Positions 12,401 through 25,600 of a stretch of DNA of 64,000 nucleotides are shown in pieces (position 1 is the stretch's first letter; each line of letters begins with the position of its first letter). Source of the stretch: the human T2T-CHM13v2.0 reference genome, Homo sapiens. The notes below the pieces were generated by a model that saw only the letters and a list, made by a program, of their open reading frames with translations, was not told the origin of the DNA and did no database searches. The stretch lies in assembly GCF_009914755.1 (NCBI RefSeq), contig NC_060936.1. One strand, given 5' to 3'. Both the position numbers and the translations under genes were made by a program.

Positions 12401-15400
12401 AGAAAGGTTAAACTCTGTGAGCTGAACACACACATCAAAAAGAAGTTTCTGTGAATGATTCTGTCTAGATTTTATAAGAAGATGTTTCCTTTTCTACCGT
12501 AGGCCTCAAAGCGCTTGAAATCTCCAGCTGCAAATTCCACAAAAAGGGTGTTTAACATCTGCTCTTCTAAAGGAAAGTTCAACTCTATGAGTTGAATACA
12601 CACAGCACAAAGAAGTTACTGAGACTTCTCCTATCAAACATTATATGAAGAAATCCCGTTTCCAACGAAGGCCTCAAAGAGGTCCAAATATCTGCTTGCA
12701 GACTTTACAGACAGAGTGTTTCCAAACTGCTCCATCAAAAGAAAGGTGAAACTCCTTGAGTTGAACACACACATCACAAAGTAGTTTCTGTGAATGATTC
12801 TGTCTAGTTTTTATACGAAGATGTTTCCTTTTCTACCTTTGGTCTCAAAGCGATTGAAATCTCCACATGGAAACTCCACAAAAAGAGTGTTTCAAATCTG
12901 CTCTTTCTGAAGGAAGGTTCAACTCTGTGAGTTGAATACACACACCACAAATAAGTTACTGAGAATTCTTCTGTGTAACATTATATGAGGAAATCCCGTT
13001 TCCAACGAAGGCCTCAAAGAGGTCCAAATATCCACTTGCAGACTTTACAAAGACAGTGTCTCCAAACTCCTCCATCAAAAGAAAGGTTATACTCTGTGAA
13101 TTGAACGCATACATCACAAAGTAGTTTCTGAGAATGATTCTGTCTAGTTTTTATACGAAGATATTTCCTTTTCTACATTTGGCCTAAAAGCGCTTGAAAT
13201 CTCCACCTGCAAATATCACAAAAAGAGGGTTTCACATCTGCTCTGTCTAAAGGACAGTTCACCTCTGTGAGTTGAATAGAGGCAACACAAAGAACTTACT
13301 CAGTATTCTTCTTTCTAGCGTTCTATGAAGAAATCCCGTTTCCAACGAAGGCCTCAAAGAGGTCCAAATATCTGCTTGCAGACTTTACAGACAGAGTTTT
13401 TCCAAACTGCTCCATCAAAAGAAAGGTTAAACTCCTTGAGTTGAACACACACATCACAAAGTAGTTTCTGTGAATGATTCTGTCTAGTTTTTATACGAAG
13501 ATGTTTCCTTTTCTACCTTTGGTCTCAAAGCGATTGAAATCTCCACATGGAAACTCCACAAAAAGAGTGTTTCAAATCTGCTCTTTCTGAAGGAAGGTTC
13601 AACTCTGTGAGTTGAATACACACACCACAAATAAGTTACTGAGAATTCTTCTGTGTAACATTATATGAGGAAATCCCGTTTCCAACGAAGGCCTCAAAGA
13701 GGTCCAAATATCCACTTGCAGACTTTTCAAAGACAGTGTCTCCAAACTCCTCCATCAAAAGAAAGGTTATACTCTGTGAATTGAACGCACACATCACAAA
13801 GTAGTTTCTGAGAATGATTCTGTCTAGTTTTTATACGAAGATATTTCCTTTTCTACATTTGGCCTAAAAGCGCTTGAAATCTCCACCTGCAAATATCACA
13901 AAAAGAGGGTTTCACATCTGCTCTGTCTAAAGGACAGTTCACCTCTGTGAGTTGAATAGAGGCAACACAAAGAACTTACTCAGTATTCTTCTTTCTAGCG
14001 TTCTATGAAGAAATCCCGTTTCCAACGAAGGCCTCAAAGAGGTCAAATATCTGCTTGCAGACTTTACAGACAGAGTGTTTCCAAACTACTCTATGAAAAG
14101 AAAGCTTAAACTCCTTGAGTTGAACGCACACATCACAAAGTAGTTTCTGAGAATGATTCTGTCTAGTTTTTATACGAAGATGTTTCCTTTTCTACATTTG
14201 GTCTCAAAGCGATTGAAATCTCCAACTGGAAACTGCACAAATAGGCTGTTTCAAATCTGCTCTGTCTAAAGGAAGGTTCAACTGTGTGAGTTGAATACAC
14301 ACACCACAAATAAGTTACTGAGAATTCTTCTGTCGAACATTACAGGAAGAAATCCCGTTTCCAACGAAGGCCTCAAAGAGGTCCAAATATCCACTTGCAG
14401 ACATTACAAACAGTGTGTTTCCCACCTGCTCCATCAAAAGAAAGGTTAAACTCTGTGAGCTGAACACACACATCAAAAAGAAGTTTCTGTGAATGATTCT
14501 GTCTAGATTTTATAAGAAGATGTTTCCTTTTCTACCGTAGGCCTCAAAGCGCTTGAAATCTCCAGCTGCAAATTCCACAAAAAGGGTGTTTAACATCTGC
14601 TCTTCTAAAGGAAAGTTCAACTCTATGAGTTGAATACACACAGCACAAAGAAGTTACTGAGACTTCTCCTATCAAACATTATATGAAGAAATCCCGTTTC
14701 CAACGAAGGCCTCAAAGAGGTCCAAATATCTGCTTGCAGACTTTACAGACAGAGTGTTTCCAAACTGCTCCATCAAAAGAAAGGTTAAACTCCTTGAGTT
14801 GAACACACACATCACAAAGTAGTTTCTGTGAATGATTCTGTCTAGTTTTTATACGAAGATGTTTCCTTTTCAACCTTTGGTCTCAAAGCGATTGAAATCT
14901 CCACATGGAAACTCCACAAAAAGAGTGTTTCAAATCTGCTCTTTCTGAAGGAAGGTTCAACTCTGTGAGTTGAATACACACACCACAAATAAGTTACTGA
15001 GAATTCTTCTGTGTAACATTATATGAGGAAATCCCGTTTCCAACGAAGGCCTTAAAGAGGTCCAAATATCCACTTGCAGACTTTACAAAGACAGTGTCTC
15101 CAAACTCCTCCATCAAAAGAAAGGTTATACTCTGTGAATTGAACGCACACATCACAAAGTAGTTTCTGAGAATGATTCTGTCTAGTTTTTATACGAAGAT
15201 ATTTCCTTTTCTACATTTGGCCTAAAAGCGCTTGAAATCTCCACCTGCAAATATCACAAAAAGAGGGTTTCACATCTGCTCTGTCTAAAGGACAGTTCAC
15301 CTCTGTGAGTTGAATAGAGGCAACACAAAGAACTTACTCAGTATTCTTCTTTCTAGCATTCTATGAAGAAATCCCGTTTCCAACGAAGGCCCCTAAGAGG

Positions 15401-18400
15401 TCCAAATATCTGCTTGCAGACTTTACAGACAGAGTTTTTCCAAACTGCTCCATCAAAAGAAAGGTTAAACTCCTTGAGTTGAACACACACATCACAAAGT
15501 AGTTTCTGTGAATGATTCTGTCTAGTTTTTATAAGAAGATGTTTCCTTTTCTACCTTTGGTCTCAAAGCGATTGAAATCTCCACATGGAAACTCCTCAAA
15601 AAGAGTGTTTCAAATCTGCTCTTTCTGAAGGAAGGTTCAACTCTGTGAGTTGAATACACACACCACAAATAAGTTACTGAGAATTCTTCTGTGTAACATT
15701 ATATGAGGAAATCCCGTTTCCAACGAAGGCCTCAAAGAGGTCCAAATATCCACTTGCAGACTTTACAAAGACAGTGTCTCCAAACTCCTCCATCAAAAGA
15801 AAGGTTATACTCTGTGAATTGAACGCACACATCACAAAGTAGTTTCTGAGAATGATTCTGTCTAGTTTTTATACGAAGATATTTCCTTTTCTACATTTGG
15901 CCTAAAAGCGCTTGAAATCTCCACCTGCAAATATCACAAAAAGAGGGTTTCACATCTGCTCTGTCTAAAGGACAGTTCACCTCTGTGAGTTGAATAGAGG
16001 CAACACAAAGAACTTACCCAGTATTCTTCTTTCTAGCGTTCTCTGAAGAAATCCCGTTTCCAACGAAGGCCTCAAAGAGTTCCAAATATCTGCTTGCAGA
16101 CTTTACAGACAGAGTGTTTCCAAACTACTCTATGAAAAGAAAGCTTAAACTCCTTGAGTTGAACGCACACATCACAAAGTAGTTTCTGAGAATGATTCTG
16201 TCTAGTTTTTATACGAAGATGTTTCCTTTTCTACATTTGGTCTCAAAGCGATTGAAATCTCCAACTGGAAACTGCACAAATAGGCTGTTTCAAATCTGCT
16301 CTGTCTAAAGGAAGGTTCAACTCTGTGAGTTGAATACACACACCACAAATAAGTTACTGAGAATTCTTCTGTCGAACATTACAGGAAGAAATCCCGTTTC
16401 CAACGAAGGCCTCAAAGAGGTCCAAATATCCACTTGCAGACATTACAAACAGTGTGTTTCCCACCTGCTCCATCAAAAGAAAGGTTAAACTCTGTGAGCT
16501 GAACACACACATCAAAAAGAAGTTTCTGTGAATGATTCTGTCTAGATTTTATAAGAAGATGTTTCCTTTTCTACCGTAGGCCTCAAAGCGCTTGAAATCT
16601 CCAGCTGCAAATTCCACAAAAAGGGTGTTTAACATCTGCTCTTCTAAAGGAAAGTTCAACTCTATGAGTTGAATACACACAGCACAAAGAAGTTACTGAG
16701 ACTTCTCCTATCAAACATTATATGAAGAAATCCCGTTTCCAAAGAAGGCCTCAAAGAGGTCCAAATATCTGCTTGCAGACTTTACAGACAGAGTGTTTCC
16801 AAACTGCTCCATCAAAAGAAAGGTTAAACTCCTTGAGTTGAACACACACATCACAAAGTAGTTTCTGTGAATGATTCTGTCTAGTTTTTATACGAAGATG
16901 TTTCCTTTTCAACCTTTGGTCTCAAAGCGATTGAAATCTCCACATGGAAACTCCACAAAAAGAGTGTTTCAAATCTGCTCTTTCTGAAGGAAGGTTCAAC
17001 TCTGTGAGTTGAATACACACACCACAAATAAGTTACTGAGAATTCTTCTGTGTAACATTATATGAGGAAATCCCGTTTCCAACGAAGGCCTTAAAGAGGT
17101 CCAAATATCCACTTGCAGACTTTACAAAGACAGTGTCTCCAAACTCCTCCATCAAAAGAAAGGTTATACTCTGTGAATTGAACGCACACATCACAAAGTA
17201 GTTTCTGAGAATGATTCTGTCTAGTTTTTATACGAAGATATTTCCTTTTCTACATTTGGCCTAAAAGCGCTTGAAATCTCCACCTGCAAATATCACAAAA
17301 AGAGGGTTTCACATCTGCTCTGTCTAAAGGACAGTTCACCTCTGTGAGTTGAATAGAGGCAACACAAAGAACTTACTCAGTATTCTTCTTTCTAGCATTC
17401 TATGAAGAAATCCCGTTTCCAACGAAGGCCCCTAAGAGGTCCAAATATCTGCTTGCAGACTTTACAGACAGAGTTTTTCCAAACTGCTCCATCAAAAGAA
17501 AGGTTAAACTCCTTGAGTTGAACACACACATCACAAAGTAGTTTCTGTGAATGATTCTGTCTAGTTTTTATAAGAAGATGTTTCCTTTTCTACCTTTGGT
17601 CTCAAAGCGATTGAAATCTCCACATGGAAACTCCTCAAAAAGAGTGTTTCAAATCTGCTCTTTCTGAAGGAAGGTTCAACTCTGTGAGTTGAATACACAC
17701 ACCACAAATAAGTTACTGAGAATTCTTCTGTGTAACATTATATGAGGAAATCCCGTTTCCAACGAAGGCCTCAAAGAGGTCCAAATATCCACTTGCAGAC
17801 TTTACAAAGACAGTGTCTCCAAACTCCTCCATCAAAAGAAAGGTTATACTCTGTGAATTGAACGCACACATCACAAAGTAGTTTCTGAGAATGATTCTGT
17901 CTAGTTTTTATACGAAGATATTTCCTTTTCTACATTTGGCCTAAAAGCGCTTGAAATCTCCACCTGCAAATATCACAAAAAGAGGGTTTCACATCTGCTC
18001 TGTCTAAAGGACAGTTCACCTCTGTGAGTTGAATAGAGGCAACACAAAGAACTTACTCAGTATTCTTCTTTCTAGCGTTCTATGAAGAAATCCCGTTTCC
18101 AACGAAGGCCTCAAAGAGGTCAAATATCTGCTTGCAGACTTTACAGACAGAGTGTTTCCAAACTACTCTATGAAAAGAAAGCTTAAACTCCTTGAGTTGA
18201 ACGCACACATCACAAAGTAGTTTCTGAGAATGATTCTGTCTAGTTTTTATACGAAGATGTTTCCTTTTCTACATTTGGTCTCAAAGCGATTGAAATCTCC
18301 AACTGGAAACTGCACAAATAGGCTGTTTCAAATCTGCTCTGTCTAAAGGAAGGTTCAGCTCTGTGAGTTGAATACACACACCACAAATAAGTTACTGAGA

Positions 18401-19699
18401 ATTCTTCTGTCGAACATTACAGGAAGAAATCCCGTTTCCAACGAAGGCCTCAAAGAGGTCCAAATATCCACTTGCAGACATTACAAACAGTGTGTTTCCC
18501 AACTGCTCCATCAAAAGAAAGGTTAAACTCTGTGAGCTGAACACACACATCAAAAAGAAGTTTCTGTGAATGATTCTGTCTAGATTTTATAAGAAGATGT
18601 TTCCTTTTCTACCGTAGGCCTCAAAGCGCTTGAAATCTCCAGCTGCAAATTCCACAAAAAGGGTGTTTAACATCTGCTCTTCTAAAGGAAAGTTCAACTC
18701 TATGAGTTGAATACACACAGCACAAAGAAGTTACTGAGACTTCTCCTATCAAACATTATATGAAGAAATCCCGTTTCCAACGAAGGCCTCAAAGAGGTCC
18801 AAATATCTGCTTGCAGACTTTACAGACAGAGTGTTTCCAAACTGCTCCATCAAAAGAAAGGTTAAACTCCTTGAGTTGAACACACACATCACAAAGTAGT
18901 TTCTGTGAATGATTCTGTCTAGTTTTTATACGAAGATGTTTCCTTTTCTACCTTTGGTCTCAAAGCGATTGAAATCTCCACATGGAAACTCCACAAAAAG
19001 AGTGTTTCAAATCTGCTCTTTCTGAAGGAAGGTTCAACTCTGTGAGTTGAATACACACACCACAAATAAGTTACTGAGAATTCTTCTGTGTAACATTATA
19101 TGAGGAAATCCCGTTTCCAACGAAGGCCTCAAAGAGGTCCAAATATCCACTTGCAGACTTTACAAAGACAGTGTCTCCAAACTCCTCCATCAAAAGAAAG
19201 GTTATACTCTGTGAATTGAACGCACACATCACAAAGTAGTTTCTGAGAATGATTCTGTCTAGTTTTTATACGAAGATATTTCCTTTTCTACATTTGGCCT
19301 AAAAGCGCTTGAAATCTCCACCTGCAAATATCACAAAAAGAGGGTTTCACATCTGCTCTGTCTAAAGGACAGTTCACCTCTGTGAGTTGAATAGAGGCAA
19401 CACAAAGAACTTACTCAGTATTCTTCTTTCTAGCGTTCTATGAAGAAATCCCGTTTCCAACGAAGGCCTCAAAGAGGTCAAATATCTGCTTGCAGACTTT
19501 ACAGACAGAGTGTTTCCAAACTACTCTATGAAAAGAAAGCTTAAACTCCTTGAGTTGAACGCACACATCACAAAGTAGTTTCTGAGAATGATTCTGTCTA
19601 GTTTTTATACGAAGATGTTTCCTTTTCTACATTTGGTCTCAAAGCGATTGAAATCTCCAACTGGAAACTGCACAAATAGGGTGTTTCAAATCTGCTCTG

Positions 19700-22600
19700 C
19701 CTAAAGGAAGGTTCAACTCTGTGAGTTGAATACACACACCACAAATAAGTTACTGAGAATTCTTCTGTCGAACATTACTTGAAGAAATCCCGTTTCCAAC
19801 GAAGGCCTCAAAGAGGTCCAAATATCCACTTGCAGACATTACAAACAGAGTGTTTCCAAACTGCTCCATCAAAAGAAAGGTTAAACTCTGTGAGCTGAAC
19901 ACACACATCAAAAAGAAGTTTCTGTGAATGATTCTGTCTAGATTTTATAAGAAGATGTTTCCTTTTCTACCGTAGGCCTCAAAGCGCTTGAAATCTCCAG
20001 CTGCAAATTCCACAAAAAGGGTGTTTAACATCTGCTCTTCTAAAGGAAAGTTCAACTCTATGAGTTGAATACACACAGCACAAAGAAGTTACTGAGACTT
20101 CTCCTATCAAACATTATATGAAGAAATCCCGTTTCCAACGAAGGCCTCAAAGAGGTCCAAATATCTGCTTGCAGACTTTACAGACAGAGTGTTTCCAAAC
20201 TGCTCCATCAAAAGAAAGGTTAAACTCCTTGAGTTGAACACACACATCACAAAGTAGTTTCTGTGAATGATTCTGTCTAGTTTTTATACGAAGATGTTTC
20301 CTTTTCTACCTTTGGTCTCAAAGCGATTGAAATCTCCACATGGAAACTCCACAAAAAGAGTGTTTCAAATCTGCTCTTTCTGAAGGAAGGTTCAACTCTG
20401 TGAGTTGAATACACACACCACAAATAAGTTACTGAGAATTCTTCTGTGTAACATTATATGAGGAAATCCCGTTTCCAACGAAGGCCTCAAAGAGGTCCAA
20501 ATATCCACTTGCAGACTTTACAAAGACAGTGTCTCCAAACTCCTCCATCAAAAGAAAGGTTATACTCTGTGAATTGAACGCACACATCACAAAGTAGTTT
20601 CTGAGAATGATTCTGTCTAGTTTTTATACGAAGATATTTCCTTTTCTACATTTGGCCTAAAAGTGCTTGAAATCTCCACCTGCAAATATCACAAAAAGAG
20701 GGTTTCACATCTGCTCTGTCTAAAGGACAGTTCACCTCTGTGAGTTGAATAGAGGCAACACAAAGAACTTACCCAGTATTCTTCTTTCTAGCGTTCTCTG
20801 AAGAAATCCCGTTTCCAACGAAGGCCTCAAAGAGTTCCAAATATCTGCTTGCAGACTTTACAGACAGAGTGTTTCCAAACTACTCTATGAAAAGAAAGCT
20901 TAAACTCCTTGAGTTGAACGCACACATCACAAAGTAGTTTCTGAGAATGATTCTGTCTAGTTTTTATACGAAGATGTTTCCTTTTCTACATTTGGTCTCA
21001 AAGCGATTGAAATCTCCAACTGGAAACTGCACAAATAGGCTGTTTCAAATCTGCTCTGTCTAAAGGAAGGTTCAACTCTGTGAGTTGAATACACACACCA
21101 CAAATAAGTTACTGAGAATTCTTCTGTCGAACATTACAGGAAGAAATCCCGTTTCCAACGAAGGCCTCAAAGAGGTCCAAATATCCACTTGCAGACATTA
21201 CAAACAGTGTGTTTCCCACCTGCTCCATCAAAAGAAAGGTTAAACTCTGTGAGCTGAACACACACATCAAAAAGAAGTTTCTGTGAATGATTCTGTCTAG
21301 ATTTTATAAGAAGATGTTTCCTTTTCTACCGTAGGCCTCAAAGCGCTTGAAATCTCCAGCTGCAAATTCCACAAAAAGGGTGTTTAACATCTGCTCTTCT
21401 AAAGGAAAGTTCAACTCTATGAGTTGAATACACACAGCACAAAGAAGTTACTGAGACTTCTCCTATCAAACATTATATGAAGAAATCCCGTTTCCAACGA
21501 AGGCCTCAAAGAGGTCCAAATATCTGCTTGCAGACTTTACAGACAGAGTGTTTCCAAACTGCTCCATCAAAAGAAAGGTTAAACTCCTTGAGTTGAACAC
21601 ACACATCACAAAGTAGTTTCTGTGAATGATTCTGTCTAGTTTTTATACGAAGATGTTTCCTTTTCAACCTTTGGTCTCAAAGCGATTGAAATCTCCACAT
21701 GGAAACTCCACAAAAAGAGTGTTTCAAATCTGCTCTTTCTGAAGGAAGGTTCAACTCTGTGAGTTGAATACACACACCACAAATAAGTTACTGAGAATTC
21801 TTCTGTGTAACATTATATGAGGAAATCCCGTTTCCAACGAAGGCCTTAAAGAGGTCCAAATATCCACTTGCAGACTTTACAAAGACAGTGTCTCCAAACT
21901 CCTCCATCAAAAGAAAGGTTATACTCTGTGAATTGAACGCACACATCACAAAGTAGTTTCTGAGAATGATTCTGTCTAGTTTTTATACGAAGATATTTCC
22001 TTTTCTACATTTGGCCTAAAAGCGCTTGAAATCTCCACCTGCAAATATCACAAAAAGAGGGTTTCACATCTGCTCTGTCTAAAGGACAGTTCACCTCTGT
22101 GAGTTGAATAGAGGCAACACAAAGAACTTACTCAGTATTCTTCTTTCTAGCATTCTATGAAGAAATCCCGTTTCCAACGAAGGCCCCTAAGAGGTCCAAA
22201 TATCTGCTTGCAGACTTTACAGACAGAGTTTTTCCAAACTGCTCCATCAAAAGAAAGGTTAAACTCCTTGAGTTGAACACACACATCACAAAGTAGTTTC
22301 TGTGAATGATTCTGTCTAGTTTTTATAAGAAGATGTTTCCTTTTCTACCTTTGGTCTCAAAGCGATTGAAATCTCCACATGGAAACTCCTCAAAAAGAGT
22401 GTTTCAAATCTGCTCTTTCTGAAGGAAGGTTCAACTCTGTGAGTTGAATACACACACCACAAATAAGTTACTGAGAATTCTTCTGTGTAACATTATATGA
22501 GGAAATCCCGTTTCCAACGAAGGCCTCAAAGAGGTCCAAATATCCACTTGCAGACTTTACAAAGACAGTGTCTCCAAACTCCTCCATCAAAAGAAAGGTT

Positions 22601-25600
22601 ATACTCTGTGAATTGAACGCACACATCACAAAGTAGTTTCTGAGAATGATTCTGTCTAGTTTTTATACGAAGATATTTCCTTTTCTACATTTGGCCTAAA
22701 AGCGCTTGAAATCTCCACCTGCAAATATCACAAAAAGAGGGTTTCACATCTGCTCTGTCTAAAGGACAGTTCACCTCTGTGAGTTGAATAGAGGCAACAC
22801 AAAGAACTTACTCAGTATTCTTCTTTCTAGCGTTCTATGAAGAAATCCCGTTTCCAACGAAGGCCTCAAAGAGGTCAAATATCTGCTTGCAGACTTTACA
22901 GACAGAGTGTTTCCAAACTACTCTATGAAAAGAAAGCTTAAACTCCTTGAGTTGAACGCACACATCACAAAGTAGTTTCTGAGAATGATTCTGTCTAGTT
23001 TTTATACGAAGATGTTTCCTTTTCTACATTTGGTCTCAAAGCGATTGAAATCTCCAACTGGAAACTGCACAAATAGGCTGTTTCAAATCTGCTCTGTCTA
23101 AAGGAAGGTTCAGCTCTGTGAGTTGAATACACACACCACAAATAAGTTACTGAGAATTCTTCTGTCGAACATTACAGGAAGAAATCCCGTTTCCAACGAA
23201 GGCCTCAAAGAGGTCCAAATATCCACTTGCAGACATTACAAACAGTGTGTTTCCCAACTGCTCCATCAAAAGAAAGGTTAAACTCTGTGAGCTGAACACA
23301 CACATCAAAAAGAAGTTTCTGTGAATGATTCTGTCTAGATTTTATAAGAAGATGTTTCCTTTTCTACCGTAGGCCTCAAAGCGCTTGAAATCTCCAGCTG
23401 CAAATTCCACAAAAAGGGTGTTTAACATCTGCTCTTCTAAAGGAAAGTTCAACTCTATGAGTTGAATACACACAGCACAAAGAAGTTACTGAGACTTCTC
23501 CTATCAAACATTATATGAAGAAATCCCGTTTCCAACGAAGGCCTCAAAGAGGTCCAAATATCTGCTTGCAGACTTTACAGACAGAGTGTTTCCAAACTGC
23601 TCCATCAAAAGAAAGGTTAAACTCCTTGAGTTGAACACACACATCACAAAGTAGTTTCTGTGAATGATTCTGTCTAGTTTTTATACGAAGATGTTTCCTT
23701 TTCTACCTTTGGTCTCAAAGCGATTGAAATCTCCACATGGAAACTCCACAAAAAGAGTGTTTCAAATCTGCTCTTTCTGAAGGAAGGTTCAACTCTGTGA
23801 GTTGAATACACACACCACAAATAAGTTACTGAGAATTCTTCTGTGTAACATTATATGAGGAAATCCCGTTTCCAACGAAGGCCTCAAAGAGGTCCAAATA
23901 TCCACTTGCAGACTTTACAAAGACAGTGTCTCCAAACTCCTCCATCAAAAGAAAGGTTATACTCTGTGAATTGAACGCACACATCACAAAGTAGTTTCTG
24001 AGAATGATTCTGTCTAGTTTTTATACGAAGATATTTCCTTTTCTACATTTGGCCTAAAAGCGCTTGAAATCTCCACCTGCAAATATCACAAAAAGAGGGT
24101 TTCACATCTGCTCTGTCTAAAGGACAGTTCACCTCTGTGAGTTGAATAGAGGCAACACAAAGAACTTACTCAGTATTCTTCTTTCTAGCGTTCTATGAAG
24201 AAATCCCGTTTCCAACGAAGGCCTCAAAGAGGTCAAATATCTGCTTGCAGACTTTACAGACAGAGTGTTTCCAAACTACTCTATGAAAAGAAAGCTTAAA
24301 CTCCTTGAGTTGAACGCACACATCACAAAGTAGTTTCTGAGAATGATTCTGTCTAGTTTTTATACGAAGATGTTTCCTTTTCTACATTTGGTCTCAAAGC
24401 GATTGAAATCTCCAACTGGAAACTGCACAAATAGGGTGTTTCAAATCTGCTCTGCCTAAAGGAAGGTTCAACTCTGTGAGTTGAATACACACACCACAAA
24501 TAAGTTACTGAGAATTCTTCTGTCGAACATTACTTGAAGAAATCCCGTTTCCAACGAAGGCCTCAAAGAGGTCCAAATATCCACTTGCAGACATTACAAA
24601 CAGAGTGTTTCCAAACTGCTCCATCAAAAGAAAGGTTAAACTCTGTGAGCTGAACACACACATCAAAAAGAAGTTTCTGTGAATGATTCTGTCTAGATTT
24701 TATAAGAAGATGTTTCCTTTTCTACCGTAGGCCTCAAAGCGCTTGAAATCTCCAGCTGCAAATTCCACAAAAAGGGTGTTTAACATCTGCTCTTCTAAAG
24801 GAAAGTTCAACTCTATGAGTTGAATACACACAGCACAAAGAAGTTACTGAGACTTCTCCTATCAAACATTATATGAAGAAATCCCGTTTCCAACGAAGGC
24901 CTCAAAGAGGTCCAAATATCTGCTTGCAGACTTTACAGACAGAGTGTTTCCAAACTGCTCCATCAAAAGAAAGGTTAAACTCCTTGAGTTGAACACACAC
25001 ATCACAAAGTAGTTTCTGTGAATGATTCTGTCTAGTTTTTATACGAAGATGTTTCCTTTTCTACCTTTGGTCTCAAAGCGATTGAAATCTCCACATGGAA
25101 ACTCCACAAAAAGAGTGTTTCAAATCTGCTCTTTCTGAAGGAAGGTTCAACTCTGTGAGTTGAATACACACACCACAAATAAGTTACTGAGAATTCTTCT
25201 GTGTAACATTATATGAGGAAATCCCGTTTCCAACGAAGGCCTCAAAGAGGTCCAAATATCCACTTGCAGACTTTACAAAGACAGTGTCTCCAAACTCCTC
25301 CATCAAAAGAAAGGTTATACTCTGTGAATTGAACGCACACATCACAAAGTAGTTTCTGAGAATGATTCTGTCTAGTTTTTATACGAAGATATTTCCTTTT
25401 CTACATTTGGCCTAAAAGCGCTTGAAATCTCCACCTGCAAATATCACAAAAAGAGGGTTTCACATCTGCTCTGTCTAAAGGACAGTTCACCTCTGTGAGT
25501 TGAATAGAGGCAACACAAAGAACTTACCCAGTATTCTTCTTTCTAGCGTTCTCTGAAGAAATCCCGTTTCCAACGAAGGCCTCAAAGAGTTCCAAATATC

